A DNA stretch of 64,000 nucleotides from Octopus sinensis (taxonomy: Eukaryota). Below, one piece after another: positions 1 to 13,089 of this stretch. Where the stretch lies: NCBI RefSeq assembly GCF_006345805.1, contig NC_043002.1, forward strand, positions 99,076,001 through 99,140,000. Direction: 5' to 3'. Every line of letters begins with the position of its first letter. The first letter of the stretch is position 1. A program made the translations under genes and the position numbers. The notes under the pieces were generated by a model. The model was given only the letters and a program-made list of their open reading frames with translations, searched no databases and had not been told where the DNA came from.

Positions 1-364
1 AAGTCAAGTTGTGTGTCTGTCTCCTACGATTTAGATTCCTAACTACTCCCACATTTTGTGGTGCAGTTTAACCAAAACCGGGTATCTTATAGTCGGGATT
101 CATATCGAGCCCTTCGATGAGTCAAAGATTTAAAAACAAATTTACCATCATTTTTTTCCATTTTAATGCATTTGTTCGCTATTATATAAGGGAAGTAACT
201 CTCTAAAATGTCTACGATGAGTCAACGATTTAAAAAAAATTTACCATAATTTTTTCTTCCATTTTTAATGCATTTTTTTGCTATTTTTTTGGCTATAACT
301 CTCTAAAGATGCTTATATAGTTATTTCCCTTACAAACCCGAGCAACGCCGGGCGATACTGCTAG
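1..364 (+). mobile_element. Non-autonomous Helitron, 3' part (5' end cut by the window); internal ~100-bp tandem duplication
   Basis: Ends CCCG-AGCAACG-C-CGGG hairpin (337-352), then CTAG at 361-364 followed by T. Homologous in reverse complement to 1922-2317 and 22649-23021. Confidence 0.8.
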
Positions 365-1921
365 TATGAAATAAAATAAAGTCAACGTTCTGATGACATA
401 CAGGACATAAATTCTTATTTGTCGCTAATATTTATGCCTCTTGGTAAAACACTTAAAGCGTCTATTAAGATGGGTTTTTTTTAACAAAGGGGAACAGGTT
501 GCCTCAGTAGCCTTTCAGTGAATTCTGAAGCTGGTTGAAGGAGCATAATTATTCTCAAACCGAAGATTTCTCTCAAAAGCTTACAGCTGCGCAGACATTG
601 CCTAGCTCGGTGGTACTGTTAGACTGTGTGATTGATTATTGTTGCTGTACTTCTATGTTAATTTTACTGTTACTCTAGTTCAGGGAAATATTGGTCAGCT
701 CTGTAAAATGTCCTTGGTCATGCAAGTGATTAATTCTCATTCTCACTTGCATTCTCATGCAAGCGAGATTTTATTACCCAACTTATTCTAATCTGTTTTC
801 TCTCAGGAACGAATTCATACCTATCGGAACATAAATAATTCACCATGTTTCTCTTAATCTTTTCCGATTTTAGTTGCTTTCTGTATTTCCTTCCAAATAT
901 AACATAGTTTGTTGTAGTATCTCCATTCTCAGCACTGAGAGAGACAACCTTCATAGAAATTGCTCTACGATTATTACAACATATTACACGACACATTACA
1001 TTGGTCTACTGTATCTAGGAACATACTACTCAAAGTGTCCTTCATTTGCAATTTTGAAAACGGAATGGTTTATGAAAGGAATTGAACCGCTATTTTTATA
1101 AGACTGAGGATTTGGCTTAGAGGCTATCTCATTAATTTTGACCATTATTATATAGTATAATCAATACGAAGTCATTGGCATTACTAAACACACAATATAT
1201 TGCAGTCTTTCTCTGTGCTAGACCAAGTGTGTCCTAAAATGTATAACATCTGAAGCCAAGACATTGTATTATCGATTCATTATAAATGTTTCCATAAACA
1301 TATTTCAATCAGCGGGATTGAGATCATTCATTATAACGCTATTCACCATCACATTTTGTAGTATGTTATTATCGTCCCCGTCCGCACCTTCAAGAAACTA
1401 ATTCAGCTATCTAAAGATATTGTCTCATTAATCTATACCAAACACAAGTTCTACAAAATAGATGAGGACCCATCAACTATACCATGTTTCCTTCGTCGTT
1501 TTCGAAGATGACTAATCAATACGTCCATTAGCTGAACTACTTACAAATTCACGTATACGCAGCTAAGTATTCCATAACCACGTGGTTTATCATCATAATT
1601 CCCTTGTCGAAACAGAGACTTGTACATAACACAGTTAGACCTCTGAATTTCAACATGATATTGAGTGTAATAAGGTTGCTTAAATTGGTTATAAATTACT
1701 TTATAACAGAGGGAATTCCATATAGTTTCAGTCTTGCTAACATCATTACAATTTTCGAATAGAAGTTACTTGGCTAAAGTACGAGACAGTAAAATCAAAT
1801 CCGGGATCTTGTGATTGCGAGGCGAACTTCTCAATTAATCGATCATACCAGCGAACACTGTGGACTTTACAACGCTCTAGACAGGCACGCAGGCAGAAAT
1901 CTGCATCGTTTATATTGAATA

Positions 1922-2317
1922 CTAGCAGTATCGCCCGGCGTTGCTCGGGTTTGTAAGGGAAATAACTATATAAGCATTTTTAAAGATGTAAAGTATAATA
2001 ACCATCTCAATATGGTTAATCACAAAGGGGGGGTGCTTACTGTAGCTTTTTACGTTCTGAGATTTAATAATAAATTTTTAGAGAGTTACTTCCCTTATAT
2101 ATGCCAAAAATGCATTAAAAATGGGAAAAATTGATGGTAAATTTTTTTTAAATCGTAGACTCATCGTAGACGCGCGCTAATACCCAGAAGGGCTCGATAT
2201 GAATCACGACTATAAGATACCCGGTTTTGGTTAAATTGCACCGCAAAATGTTGGAGTAGTTAGGAATCTAAATCGTAGGAGACAGACAACACACAACCTT
2301 ACTTTTATATATAAAGA
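1922..2317 (-). mobile_element. Complete non-autonomous Helitron (~396 bp)
   Basis: On the minus strand it starts TC(TTTATATATAAAAG) and ends with a GC hairpin plus CTAG. Inserted between A and T with no TSD. Near-identical copy at 22649-23021. Confidence 0.85.
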
Positions 2318-2629
2318 TATACAAATATAGGAGCAAACACGGGAGCATCTAACAGACATGCAGGAAATCGGAGCTGAATCGTCTTCAAACCCCAAAATGC
2401 CATATTCGGGAAAAGTAAAGACACATTACATAATGTAGTTCTAGGTGTGTGGTGAGAACTGGTATGCAGTTAAATAACAGTAATCATCGTTAATAGCATC
2501 AGCAGTGACAATGACACATGTAATGATCGAAACTGAACTCGGTAAGTGAATGCAAACTATTTATATTTCAGCCAGCAGGTCGATGCTCTTTCCATCTGGC
2601 CATCCGTGACTGCAAATAATCATATATAT

Positions 2630-2863
2630 ATTTCTTTGCTACCCACAAGGGGCTAAACACAGAGGGGACAAACAAGGACAGACAAACGGATTAAGTCGAT
2701 TACATCGATCCCAGTGCGAAACTGGTACTTAATTTATCTACCCCGAAAGGATGAAAGGCAAAGTCGACCTCGACGGAATTTGAATTCAAAACGTAACGGC
2801 AGACGAAATACGGCTACGCATTTCGCCCGGTGTGCTAACATTTCTGCCAGCTCGCCGCCTTTT
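2630..2863 (-). mobile_element. tRNA-derived SINE family B (central GTCGACTTTGCCTTTCATCCTTTCGGGGTCGATAAA domain), full length
   Basis: Pol III A/B-box-like head on the minus strand. 17-bp TSD CAAATAATCATATATAT at 2613-2629 and 2864-2880. Many related copies in the window. Confidence 0.85.
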
Positions 2864-3424
2864 CAAATAATCATATATATTTTATCAAACAATGGTGCAA
2901 TTAGAACCGGCTTTTATACTTGGCCGTATATTTTTTCAAAAAGTCAGCTTCAATTTGTCCTCATTTATATTCATCATGAATTCGAAATTTGTGTACTTTT
3001 ACTTGTATTATTGATTACTGTGGCATTAAGATAAAGAAACGTTAAAGATTTCGTGGCAGTTCTTAATACTCTTGGTCTGTGATTAAGAAGCTCGATTTGC
3101 AGCCCATTGGTTTCGAGTGCAGATCCATTGTGCACTTGGTCGGCTACTAAGATTTTAGAGAATGTTTTAGAGGAAACACAGGTGGAAGCTTGTCTTTTAT
3201 ACATACATATATACATACATACATACGTAAATGCATACATACGTACATGCATACATACATACATACGTACATACATACATACATACGTACATACATACAT
3301 ACATACGTACATACATACATACATACATACACACATACATATACATAATATATATTTATATAAGCGTGGATGTGTGTGAGTATGTGTGCGTGTATAGATA
3401 TGATTGTGTCTTTGTATGTGTCTA

Positions 3425-3600
3425 TCACTATCTCTGTTTGACAATCAAAGTTGTGTTATGTCCCCAGAATAGAGATTTAGAAAAGGAGACCCATGGAATA
3501 AATACCAGATTAAAAAATAAGTTCTGATATCGATTTGCTCAACTGAATTTCAATGCAGTGCTCCAGTATGGCCTGCAGTCCAATGGCTGAAACAAATAAA
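3425..3600 (+). mobile_element. Old 3' fragment of SINE family A
   Basis: Diverged match to the ...GTCGATTTGCTCGACT...GTGCTCCAGCATGGCC-GCAGTCAAATGACTGAAACAA tail seen in younger copies. Confidence 0.6.
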
Positions 3601-3986
3601 ACATGACAAAACATATATAAGACAAATAGGAACGTTGGACACGAAGTCAGTTATGTATTCATCATATGAAAGAAGAAGGTAGATTCCAATTCCTGATAAT
3701 AGCTTTTGTTTCTATTCGTCAACGACTTAATATAATATCTTCTGTTCTGGAAAGAAATAATAGGGCCATTGCAGATATTATTTCCTCTGGTTAGCCTCTG
3801 TCATCTTACATACAGAAAGTATATATTAGATGATATAGTCTAAGATATTACCTCCCCACTTTAAATAAATAAATAAATAAATAAGTAAAACAAAATACAA
3901 AGAAACAAAAAGCGGAAGCAGAATGGTGCAGACTCGAATAACTTTCATCATTGTTCCGATCGATAAAAACTAGACGCTGTCGTCGC

Positions 3987-4033
<47 letters not shown>

Positions 4034-4174
4034 CTATCCCATCACCACCACTATCACCGCCAACACCCCACAACAGTCCCCCCCCCATCATCATCACCGC
4101 AATTGGCATCGTCGTCATCGTCATTAATCCCATTCACATCATCATCGTCGTCATCATTAGCATCATGTCGGCAG

Positions 4175-4961
4175 CAGCAGCAGTTTCACCTGCATATCTG
4201 CCAATTCATTGCCGCGGAGGCTGCAATGGCCCGGCATCCACATCACCGCAAAAATCTTGCCAGCTGCTACTAGGGCTTCTGTTTGTTGCCCTTCTCTAAT
4301 TATCGGGTCTGTGGGGAACGGGTTGTCTTAAACCAATGATTTGTAATGGCAGACTATAGCTGCGGAGACTCAGTTGTCATTGGCCTCTAGGCACCGGAGG
4401 GCTTCGTTAAATGCTGCTCTCTCTGAGTGGAATGAGCTGCTGTGAGCACCAGTTGGGGCGTGCCACATGTGGACCACCGTATCGTGTTTCATCGCCACCA
4501 CACCGGCGCCGCCGTTGGTTGTGCCTTCTCTAGTCGAGCGATATGCAGGCGAAACGTGGATCGGCGCAGCCACAACCGGATATCGCCATCGATACAGCCA
4601 TTCGTCAAGCGGTTATTCGTCGAACGTTCCAGCCAACGCCAATTCAACACCCCCGTCTGAAGGAAGTCTTCAAGAAGAAGGCAGATGAAAGAACCGAAGC
4701 AGCCCTCTCGAAGGCAGACTTCACAGACATGATATGCTTCCATAGTGGTCATCATCCAGTATTCAGGCGGTGTCAAAAGATGGTTGGACGCAGCGACAAC
4801 AGATCAAAGAAGACTCTGCAACGAAGAAGTGGAATCCGCTATATCCGCCAACTAGGGGCTACAATGGATGAAATGATTCGTCTCCCTTCCGCGGCTATAG
4901 CGCTTCTGAGAGTTATCCTCAGGCGCTTGAGATGACCAACAACAACAGCAGCAGTGTCACC
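4175..4961 (+). mobile_element. 5'-truncated, 5'-inverted RNase H-bearing I/Ingi-type LINE (decayed ORF2 3' end)
   Basis: Minus strand 4537->4181 reads STREGTTNGGAGVV..HAPTGAHSSSFHSERAAFNEAL..MWMPGHCSLRGNELADMQVK (RNase HI motifs). Plus strand 4540-4935 continues DMQAKRGS..HSGHHPVFRR..RLCNEEVESA (zinc-knuckle remnant)..ALLRVILRRLR*, then a (CAA)n tail. 16-bp TSD cagcagcagt[t/g]tcacc at 4175-4190 and 4946-4961. Confidence 0.85.
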
Positions 4962-6003
4962 AGCAACAGTCACAACATCAACAAGAGCAACAACAATGAG
5001 AAATGAACGTTATTAGATATGTATACTGTGTATTTGTGTATGCTGGGATCGGGGATATATTTCAGTAGAAAATATAATTGTGAGTTTCATGCCCATTAAC
5101 AAACTAGGATCTGCCTCAAGAAGTTTATTTAATTTGTATTACAATCACGTATATTTTTTGCAGGAAAAATTTATTACATTTTTGGATTTTCTTTCCTTCT
5201 ATTTCATAAAGCATTACCTGAGAGAAATGTGAAAATGGCGATATTTGAGCTATATTTTGAAATATTTTCAGGTTATCAATTTCGACTTTTATAACATCTT
5301 ATGGAGTGAACATAAGAAATTATTTATAGCTTGAAGCGTCTTTTACATCCGGCAATATCATGTTTGTAAGAAATATTTATTCAAGTTTACATTTTGAAGC
5401 TACTATGAGATGTTATATTGAAGTTATAAAAAAAAAAGGTAAAAAAGAATTGCACAGACTATCAATTTTCAGCTAGAATTGGATTTGAATTATTACAAAG
5501 CAGATTTCTTCTCAGTTACCCAAAGCTGCTCAAGTATTTGTGTTTCTGTTTAAATATTTCAAAGGCAGTGTAGAAGTAGAAGTTATCGAAAGTCGAAAAA
5601 TAGAAAAAAAAAGAAAAGCAAAAAGTAAAAACTTTGAATATTTATGTCCGTTGCTTTCAGAGTGTAAATGCTTCTTGGTTGGAGTTTTATACTTTCAGCA
5701 AAAATGTGCAGGCATTAATACATATGTGTATGGGTATATATGTATATATATATATATATATAATTGCAGCGTGTGAAGGTGTTTATAAGCCATTTAGAAA
5801 CACACAAAAGCCGTTCGATTCACTTCAACATTTAAGTTTAATTGTCAAAATATTTTCGTCGCTAAAATCCGCGACCTGTTCACTGACAAAAATCTCGTGC
5901 TGCATCTGACATATAATATATAATATATAATATATATAATATATATATCTATATAATATATAATTATATATATATACACATACATATATATATTATATAT
6001 ATA

Positions 6004-6043
<40 letters not shown>

Positions 6044-6055
6044 GCATACATATAT

Positions 6056-6132
<77 letters not shown>

Positions 6133-6459
6133 ATATATAATCAAAATAAGCAATAAGAATAACTTCGGTAATTTGGTACGATCGTTTCACGCTACATCAT
6201 TTTATTAAATGATGTAAGTATTACAACAGTTTTAAAATGCTGAGCAATCATCAGCCATTAATAGAGGTTTTCCATTAATACATAATTTTCATATCAATTG
6301 ATAACATTATAGAGAAGGTAGATATATAGACAGAGATGTGGATTTAAAATTTAAGAACATTAAGATAGTGGAGTTTATCAACTGACGGAAGAATATTCAG
6401 AATATTCAGTTGTTTTGAACTGCTAGAATTTTGGGAAGAATGAACAATTGAAAGGAGCC

Positions 6460-6510
6460 TTATGAGTGGATTTGGTAAACGGAAACTGAAAGAAGCCCTT
6501 CGTATATATG

Positions 6511-6543
<33 letters not shown>

Positions 6544-6768
6544 ATATGTGTATATTTGTGTGTCTGTGTTTGCCCCCCCCCCAATATCGCTTGACAACCG
6601 ATGCTGGCGTGTTTACCTCCCCGTCACTTAGCGGTTCGGCAAAAGAGACCGATGGAATAAGTACTAGGCTTACAAAGAATAAGTCCTGGTGTCGATTTGC
6701 TCGACTAAAGGCGGTGCTCCAGCATGGTCACAGTCAAATGACTGAAACAAGTAAAAGAGTAAAAGAGA
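6460..6768 (+). mobile_element. SINE family A, 5'-truncated
   Basis: GAGTGGATTTGGTA-ACGGAAACTGAAAGAAGCC body, internal (TA)/(TG) tract and GTAAAAGA tail, matching the full copies at 15281 and 33647. Confidence 0.85.
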
Positions 6769-6974
6769 ATATAATTGGGAGAATTCACACAAAAAAAGCA
6801 AAAGACGAAGACAGGTGGTGTAGAACAAACAGATTTATTAGTATAACGCTCGGGAAGTGAAAAAGCCTTTAACGTTTATAATATATATATATATATATAT
6901 TATATAATAATTTAATTGTTAATAAATTCGACCAAGCAGTATTCGGTATGTAAAGACCATTTACGGTGTATTTG

Positions 6975-7182
6975 AAGTATTAATTTATAAAAATATGGTA
7001 AAGTAAAAAAATTCACTTTACCACACACCGAACTTTTCAGGAGTTATTTTCTGAGTATGCATTGTCTGGAGACTTTTATTTGCAGTTGAAGAAATAGCCA
7101 TATTTTTGGCTGCTATTTCTGAAAAGTTCGGTGTGTGGTAAAGTGAATTTTTTACTTTACCATATTTTTATAATTAATACTT
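6975..7182. repeat. ~208-bp hairpin (MITE-like or inverted PLE terminus) with ~65-bp arms
   Basis: 6975-7040 is the reverse complement of 7119-7182 apart from two 1-bp indels. Confidence 0.8.
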
Positions 7183-7209
7183 TATATATATATATATATA
7201 TTAATATAT

Positions 7210-7244
<35 letters not shown>

Positions 7245-7641
7245 TATACATACATATACGCGCACCACAGAGTGTTAGGTGTGACGTACGAATTGAATAT
7301 TGAGAAAAAAGTCGTCAGAATTTTGGAAATAAATTCCTTTTATTGCTTCATTATTGTTAGCGCCTTCGTTCGTCTCTAGAACTTGGCAAATACAATTTTG
7401 TGAATGTACAAACTGCTTGTTCACTTATATAAAACATTATTTTTGGGGGTTGGAGGGGGTTAGAAGAGAACGTTGTTTTAATTTTTTTGTGGGGTTAGGT
7501 CCCAAGACAATGGAGATGGACAGATAGAAATATAGGTAGGTAAATAAGTTGATACATAGATAGATAGTCAGTCAGACAGATAGACCGATGGGTAGAAAAT
7601 AAGAGAGGGAGAGAAGGAGTATCCAGCTTCTTATTCACCAT

Positions 7642-7887
7642 TTATTCATATACTGCATTAACTGCCCAAACTGCAAAGAAAATTACATTGTCGAAATAAA
7701 TAATTTCCTCTGCCAACGTGCAAGATTCCACAGGAAACATATTCCACTAGAAGAATTACGTAAGTAAGCATCTGGCAATATGCGGCGAGGGAAAATTCAA
7801 AATGTTCCCTTTTACAAATGTGCACGGCACGATCCGCAATACCGAAAAGCAATGGAACGACATTTTATCAAAAAGTTGAATGTCTGA
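7642..7887 (+). mobile_element. Penelope-like element GIY-YIG endonuclease remnant
   Basis: Reads LFIYCINCPNCKENYIVE..R.RFH.. then, frameshifted, GKFKMFPFYK..YRKAMERHFIKKLNV*, typical of the PLE endonuclease C-terminus. Confidence 0.65.
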
Positions 7888-8209
7888 AAGAAAAGCAGAG
7901 ACAATACATTTTGTGTTATACTAATGTTCTCTAACGCAAAATCATGGAATTGAAAGAGGCATGACCAAAGTTACACAGTATAAACATGGACATATTCCCA
8001 AGCACACACAAACACACACAAACACAGAAACATGCACACGTACGCGCGCGGGCGTGCACACACACACATACACTTCATCAAGAAATGCTCCCTAAAATTG
8101 AACGTTTGAAGGTAAAGTAGAGAATTTGAATTCTTTATTCCAAACGTGGCTCATCTCCACAAATGTTCAGACATAGCTATGTGCAGCATTGGGATATTCT
8201 AGCTTTACG

Positions 8210-8241
<32 letters not shown>

Positions 8242-8356
8242 TGTATGTATGTATGTATGTATGTATGTATGTATGTATATATTGTTGTATTTCGGAATGG
8301 TCATTTTGCCAGTTAGCCAATAATATATTGCACAACAAATATATAAGCGTAATATA

Positions 8357-8409
<53 letters not shown>

Positions 8410-9984
8410 AATATATATATATATATATATTCGTTTACTGTATTTTTTATTTTAATTTGCAAATATTATACGAATGTATTTTAATGCAGAACTACACTTT
8501 ATCAAAAATTCCCTCCAAAAATGAATGTTTGGAATGGATATATTCTAATTATAACCCAAAGAGGAGAAAAAGAAAGGAAGAAAAAGGAAGGAAAAGGGGA
8601 AGAAGAAAAGGAGAAAGGAAAAAAAAGAGAGTTAGAAAGAAAACAAAAAGACTTTATGTGATGACCAAAGCACACCTGTTTTTTTGTTTTTATTTTTTAT
8701 TTATATATTTAGTTATTTTTTTGAAGCGGTCACCATCCTTAAACGCATTCCAATACAATGGTAGAAGGAAAGAATAGTTAAATAAAGAAATGGTGAATAG
8801 GAAGATGGATACTCCTCTCTTACCCTCTACCCATCTGTCTATCTGTCTGACAATGTATGTATGTATGTATGTATGTATGTATGTATGTATGTATGTATGT
8901 ATGTATGTATGTATGTACCTATCTATCTATCTATCTTTATACCTATCAGACTATATACCTACCTATATATATCTATCCATCTCCATTGTCTTGGAACTTC
9001 ACTAAAAAAAAGCAATATTCTTGTCTAAACAAATCCCCCCAAAACATCTGTTTTATACAAATGAACAAGCTGTTTGTACATTCACAAAATTGTATTTGAC
9101 AAGTTCTAGAGAGGAACTAAAGCGCTAATAATAAAGAAGAAAGAGAAGTGTTTTTTTTTTCCAAAATTCTTACGAATTTTTCTCTTAATATATATATATA
9201 AAAGTATCTATCTATCTGCCAATTGAGAGAGAGAGAGAGGGGGGTGCGTATGTATGTTTTGTTATAGGCATGATCAACAAAAAGTATTCTCTCCAGCGAG
9301 GGATAAATATTTAATATGTACAAATTGAAAAGAGAGATTTTAGTAGTCTCAAGAAATTGAGAGAAAATAATATAGCAGATTTCTATAACATGACATGTAT
9401 CTCTAAGACATATTTCAGAATCAATGCGTACCGTTAGGCATATTAAAAAAAATCAGGACGCTTGTCTAGAAGAAAACATGAGAATAACAGGAAGAAATGT
9501 GTGAAGGTGGTGCATACATTGTAATAAGAAGGAAGAAAAGAGAATTCAGAAAAGCAAGAATTCATTGTAGAAATCACAACGAATCTAGATGGTGTAGTAT
9601 GATAGGACGGAGTGAAGGCCGTCTGTGAAATATCTACTCCAATTCGGAGAGGGTGGTGTCCTTCACTTCGAGAAAAGAAACTTGTCCAGGTGCTTGCATT
9701 TGCTAAAATTTTTGGATAAATTTGTATCCGCCTATTCACGTTTACTTTCCCAATCTTTTCTGATAATTTCTCATAGACCAACGTCCTTGTTTTGTTAGTA
9801 CGCCTAAAGGAATGTAGGCATGCTTGATATGTCATGTTATATAAATCTTCCAAATTATTTTACCTCTATAGTATAAAACCACTAGTATCACCTTTTAAAC
9901 TTGTGTGTGTGTTAGAATATATATGTATATATATATATATATATGTAGATATATGCATATATAATATATATATATATATTATAT

Positions 9985-10372
9985 TTAATTTATTATATAG
10001 AGGACTTCTACAGGACTAGTACTGTTTCATTCAAGAGAAATCTTCAGGAAGCTATTTAACAAGAATTGTATTAGCATTTTTATTTTAGGCAGGTTAAAGG
10101 AGTGGGGTGGGGGACTTTTTTGGGGTAGGCATAGCGCAAAATATCATACTTGGGGGAGTGTCAAGGAGTCAGTGGTAAGTTAGATGAAAGAATAGATAAA
10201 TAAAAAAAATAAAAAATAAAAATAAAAAAATAAAATAAAAAATAAAAAATAAAATAATAAAATAATAAAAAAAAAAAAAATAAAATGTGTGCACATACAT
10301 ACATAAACACATATACATACACACACCACATACGTACACATGGTGCCTATACATACCTACACATACACACAT

Positions 10373-10431
<59 letters not shown>

Positions 10432-10775
10432 ATCCAATACAGGCCCATTCCCTAATTTTAATTTTATTATCTTCATTTATTACTTTTGTTCTCATTTGAT
10501 CGCTAGAGCTAAGGATCCTGGCGGTGGCAGCATGTCCAAATTGTCTGTCTACTACTAGAAGGCAAGTACTCGTTCCGCACGCAACACTCATTAGCACGTA
10601 CCATACACCCATTCGTACACACTCATACACATACACGTACGCACGCGTTTTATATTCATACATACAAACATCTACATACGTTCACGTATATACACATACG
10701 TACTCGTACCTACAGATTCATGTCTACACTTTAGGAGGCTAGTCTATATATATACACCAATAAATATACATATAT

Positions 10776-10806
<31 letters not shown>

Positions 10807-11191
10807 TATACACATATCCATACACACCACACACACATATATATACTCCTACATACAGATACATACCTATATATATATATATATATATACCCACACATAC
10901 ATGTACATATATATAATATATATATACATACATATATACATATATATACATATATATATATACACATACATACATACATACACCCACACCCATATATATA
11001 CACACACATACAACATACCATATATACATACACAAACATATATACACACATATATATATATACAATATATACACACATACATACACACACTACATACATA
11101 TCACACAAACACATACATACGTAAACATACATACATACATCCATACATCCATACTTAATGCACTTATACGCGTTACCACACACCCCCATCT

Positions 11192-11235
<44 letters not shown>

Positions 11236-11845
11236 TCACACATACATATACAAATATACGCCCACACATACATACATACATACACGTATACGCATACACG
11301 CACATACACATATACAGCGTACCCATACACGTGCCCACACGCACATGCATCCATATGTATACACACACACACATATATACACGTGTGCAAGCATACCTAC
11401 ATACTCATACACGCACACATACTTACATATACAATATATGCACACACTTACACACATTATACATACACATATACATGCATACATACATATATGCATACAT
11501 ACACATACACGCACATACACATATACACATGCGTACCCATCACGTGCACGCACGCACGCGCATCCAATATATATCACACGCACACATATATATACCCGTG
11601 TGCAAGCATACATACATACTCATACACGCGCACATACTTACATATACATATATGCACACACTGTGTACGAATGGGTGTATGTACGTGCTAATGAGTGTGC
11701 GTGCGGGAACGAGTACTTGCCTTCTAGTAGTAGACAGACAATTTGGACATGCTGCCACCGCCAGGATCCTTAGCTCTAGCGATCAAGAGAACAAAAGTAA
11801 TAATGAAGATAATAAAATTAAAATTAGGGAATGGGCCTGTATTGT

Positions 11846-11904
<59 letters not shown>

Positions 11905-12297
11905 ATGTTGTATGTGTAGGTATGTATAGGCACACCATGTGTACGTATGTGTGTGTGTATGTATATGTGTTTATGTATGTATGTGCACACATTTATTTTT
12001 TTATTTTTTTATTATTTTATTATTTTATTTTTTTATTTTTTTTTTTTTTATTTTTTATTTTTTTTTTTATTTTTTATTTATCTATTCTTTCATCTAACTT
12101 ACCACTGACTCCTTGACCACTCCCCCAGTATGATATTTTGCGCTATGCCTACCCCCAAAAAAGTCCCCCACCACCACTCCTTTAAACCTGCCTAAATGTA
12201 TAAATGCTAATACAATTCTTGTTAAATAGCTTCCTGAGATTTCTCTTGAATGAAACAGTACTAGTCCTGTAGAAGCTCCTTCTATATAATAAATTAA
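9985..12297. repeat. Long inverted repeat: arms 9985-10621 and 11662-12297 (~635 bp), ~1-kb CA/TA-rich spacer
   Basis: Direct reverse-complement match of the arms, e.g. CAGGACTAGTACTGTTTCATTCAAGAG versus CTCTTGAATGAAACAGTACTAGTCCTG. Differences are mostly 1-bp indels. Confidence 0.9.
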
Positions 12298-12614
12298 TTT
12301 TACTCTGCTATGTATTGAGTACCTTACTTACTGTGGTTAACCCCGATCAACCCGGGACCTACATAATATATATATATATATATATATATCTTTCTTTCTA
12401 TACGTTTGTATGCATTATCTATCTATATATATATTACATACACACATACACACACACATATATGTATATATATATATATATTATATATATATAATATATA
12501 TATACTTACGATTATATTGTATACATATAAATATATATGTGTTTATATTTGTATGTATGCATGTATAGATTGTTTAAAGTGTTACACAGTTTGTATATAC
12601 TAAGAAAAAGGTGG

Positions 12615-13030
12615 CTTCAAGTCCTGAAGGAAGCCAACAAATACGAAACATGCTGAAATGACTGACATTTATGAGAAGGTAGAACTGAAAGCATAAATCG
12701 TAAAAGAAAGACAAAAATAAATAAAGACTAATCTTTAAACCATGATAAGACAATAGCAAAAAGCCACTACAATACTTCAGTCTGCAAAAACAGAACGAAA
12801 TGGAAACAGACATGGATGATTGCAAAATGTGTGGCTGTGTGATTAAGAAAAAGTTAGACAGTTCATTGTGAAGAAGTTGAATGTTTCAAATGCTACAGAA
12901 TTTTATGGTTGAGCGATCAGTTTGCTGACTGGGTGGAATTATTTTTTTATAAAGTGTTTCTGCTTTCAATCCTGGACTCCTCAGCCGCTGATGTGTTGTT
13001 GCTTGGTCTAGACCAACATTTTTACTCCTC

Positions 13031-13089
<59 letters not shown>

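Noticed and set aside
730-1101. ORFs 730-996 (-) and 874-1101 (+), and a GPCR-like phrase LCYIWKEIQKA in another frame
   Set aside because: Short, interrupted by stops, no recognisable domain and no convincing splice context.
9640-9680. Possible very decayed hammerhead or PLE terminus (minus strand GAAGGACACCACCCTCTCCGAATT)
   Set aside because: Both core motifs are broken, so it cannot be distinguished from chance.
10010-10056. CTGAAGA...GAAAC hammerhead-like motif on the minus strand of the left foldback arm
   Set aside because: No G10.1-C11.1 pair, stem I does not pair next to the core, and the other arm lacks one core A.
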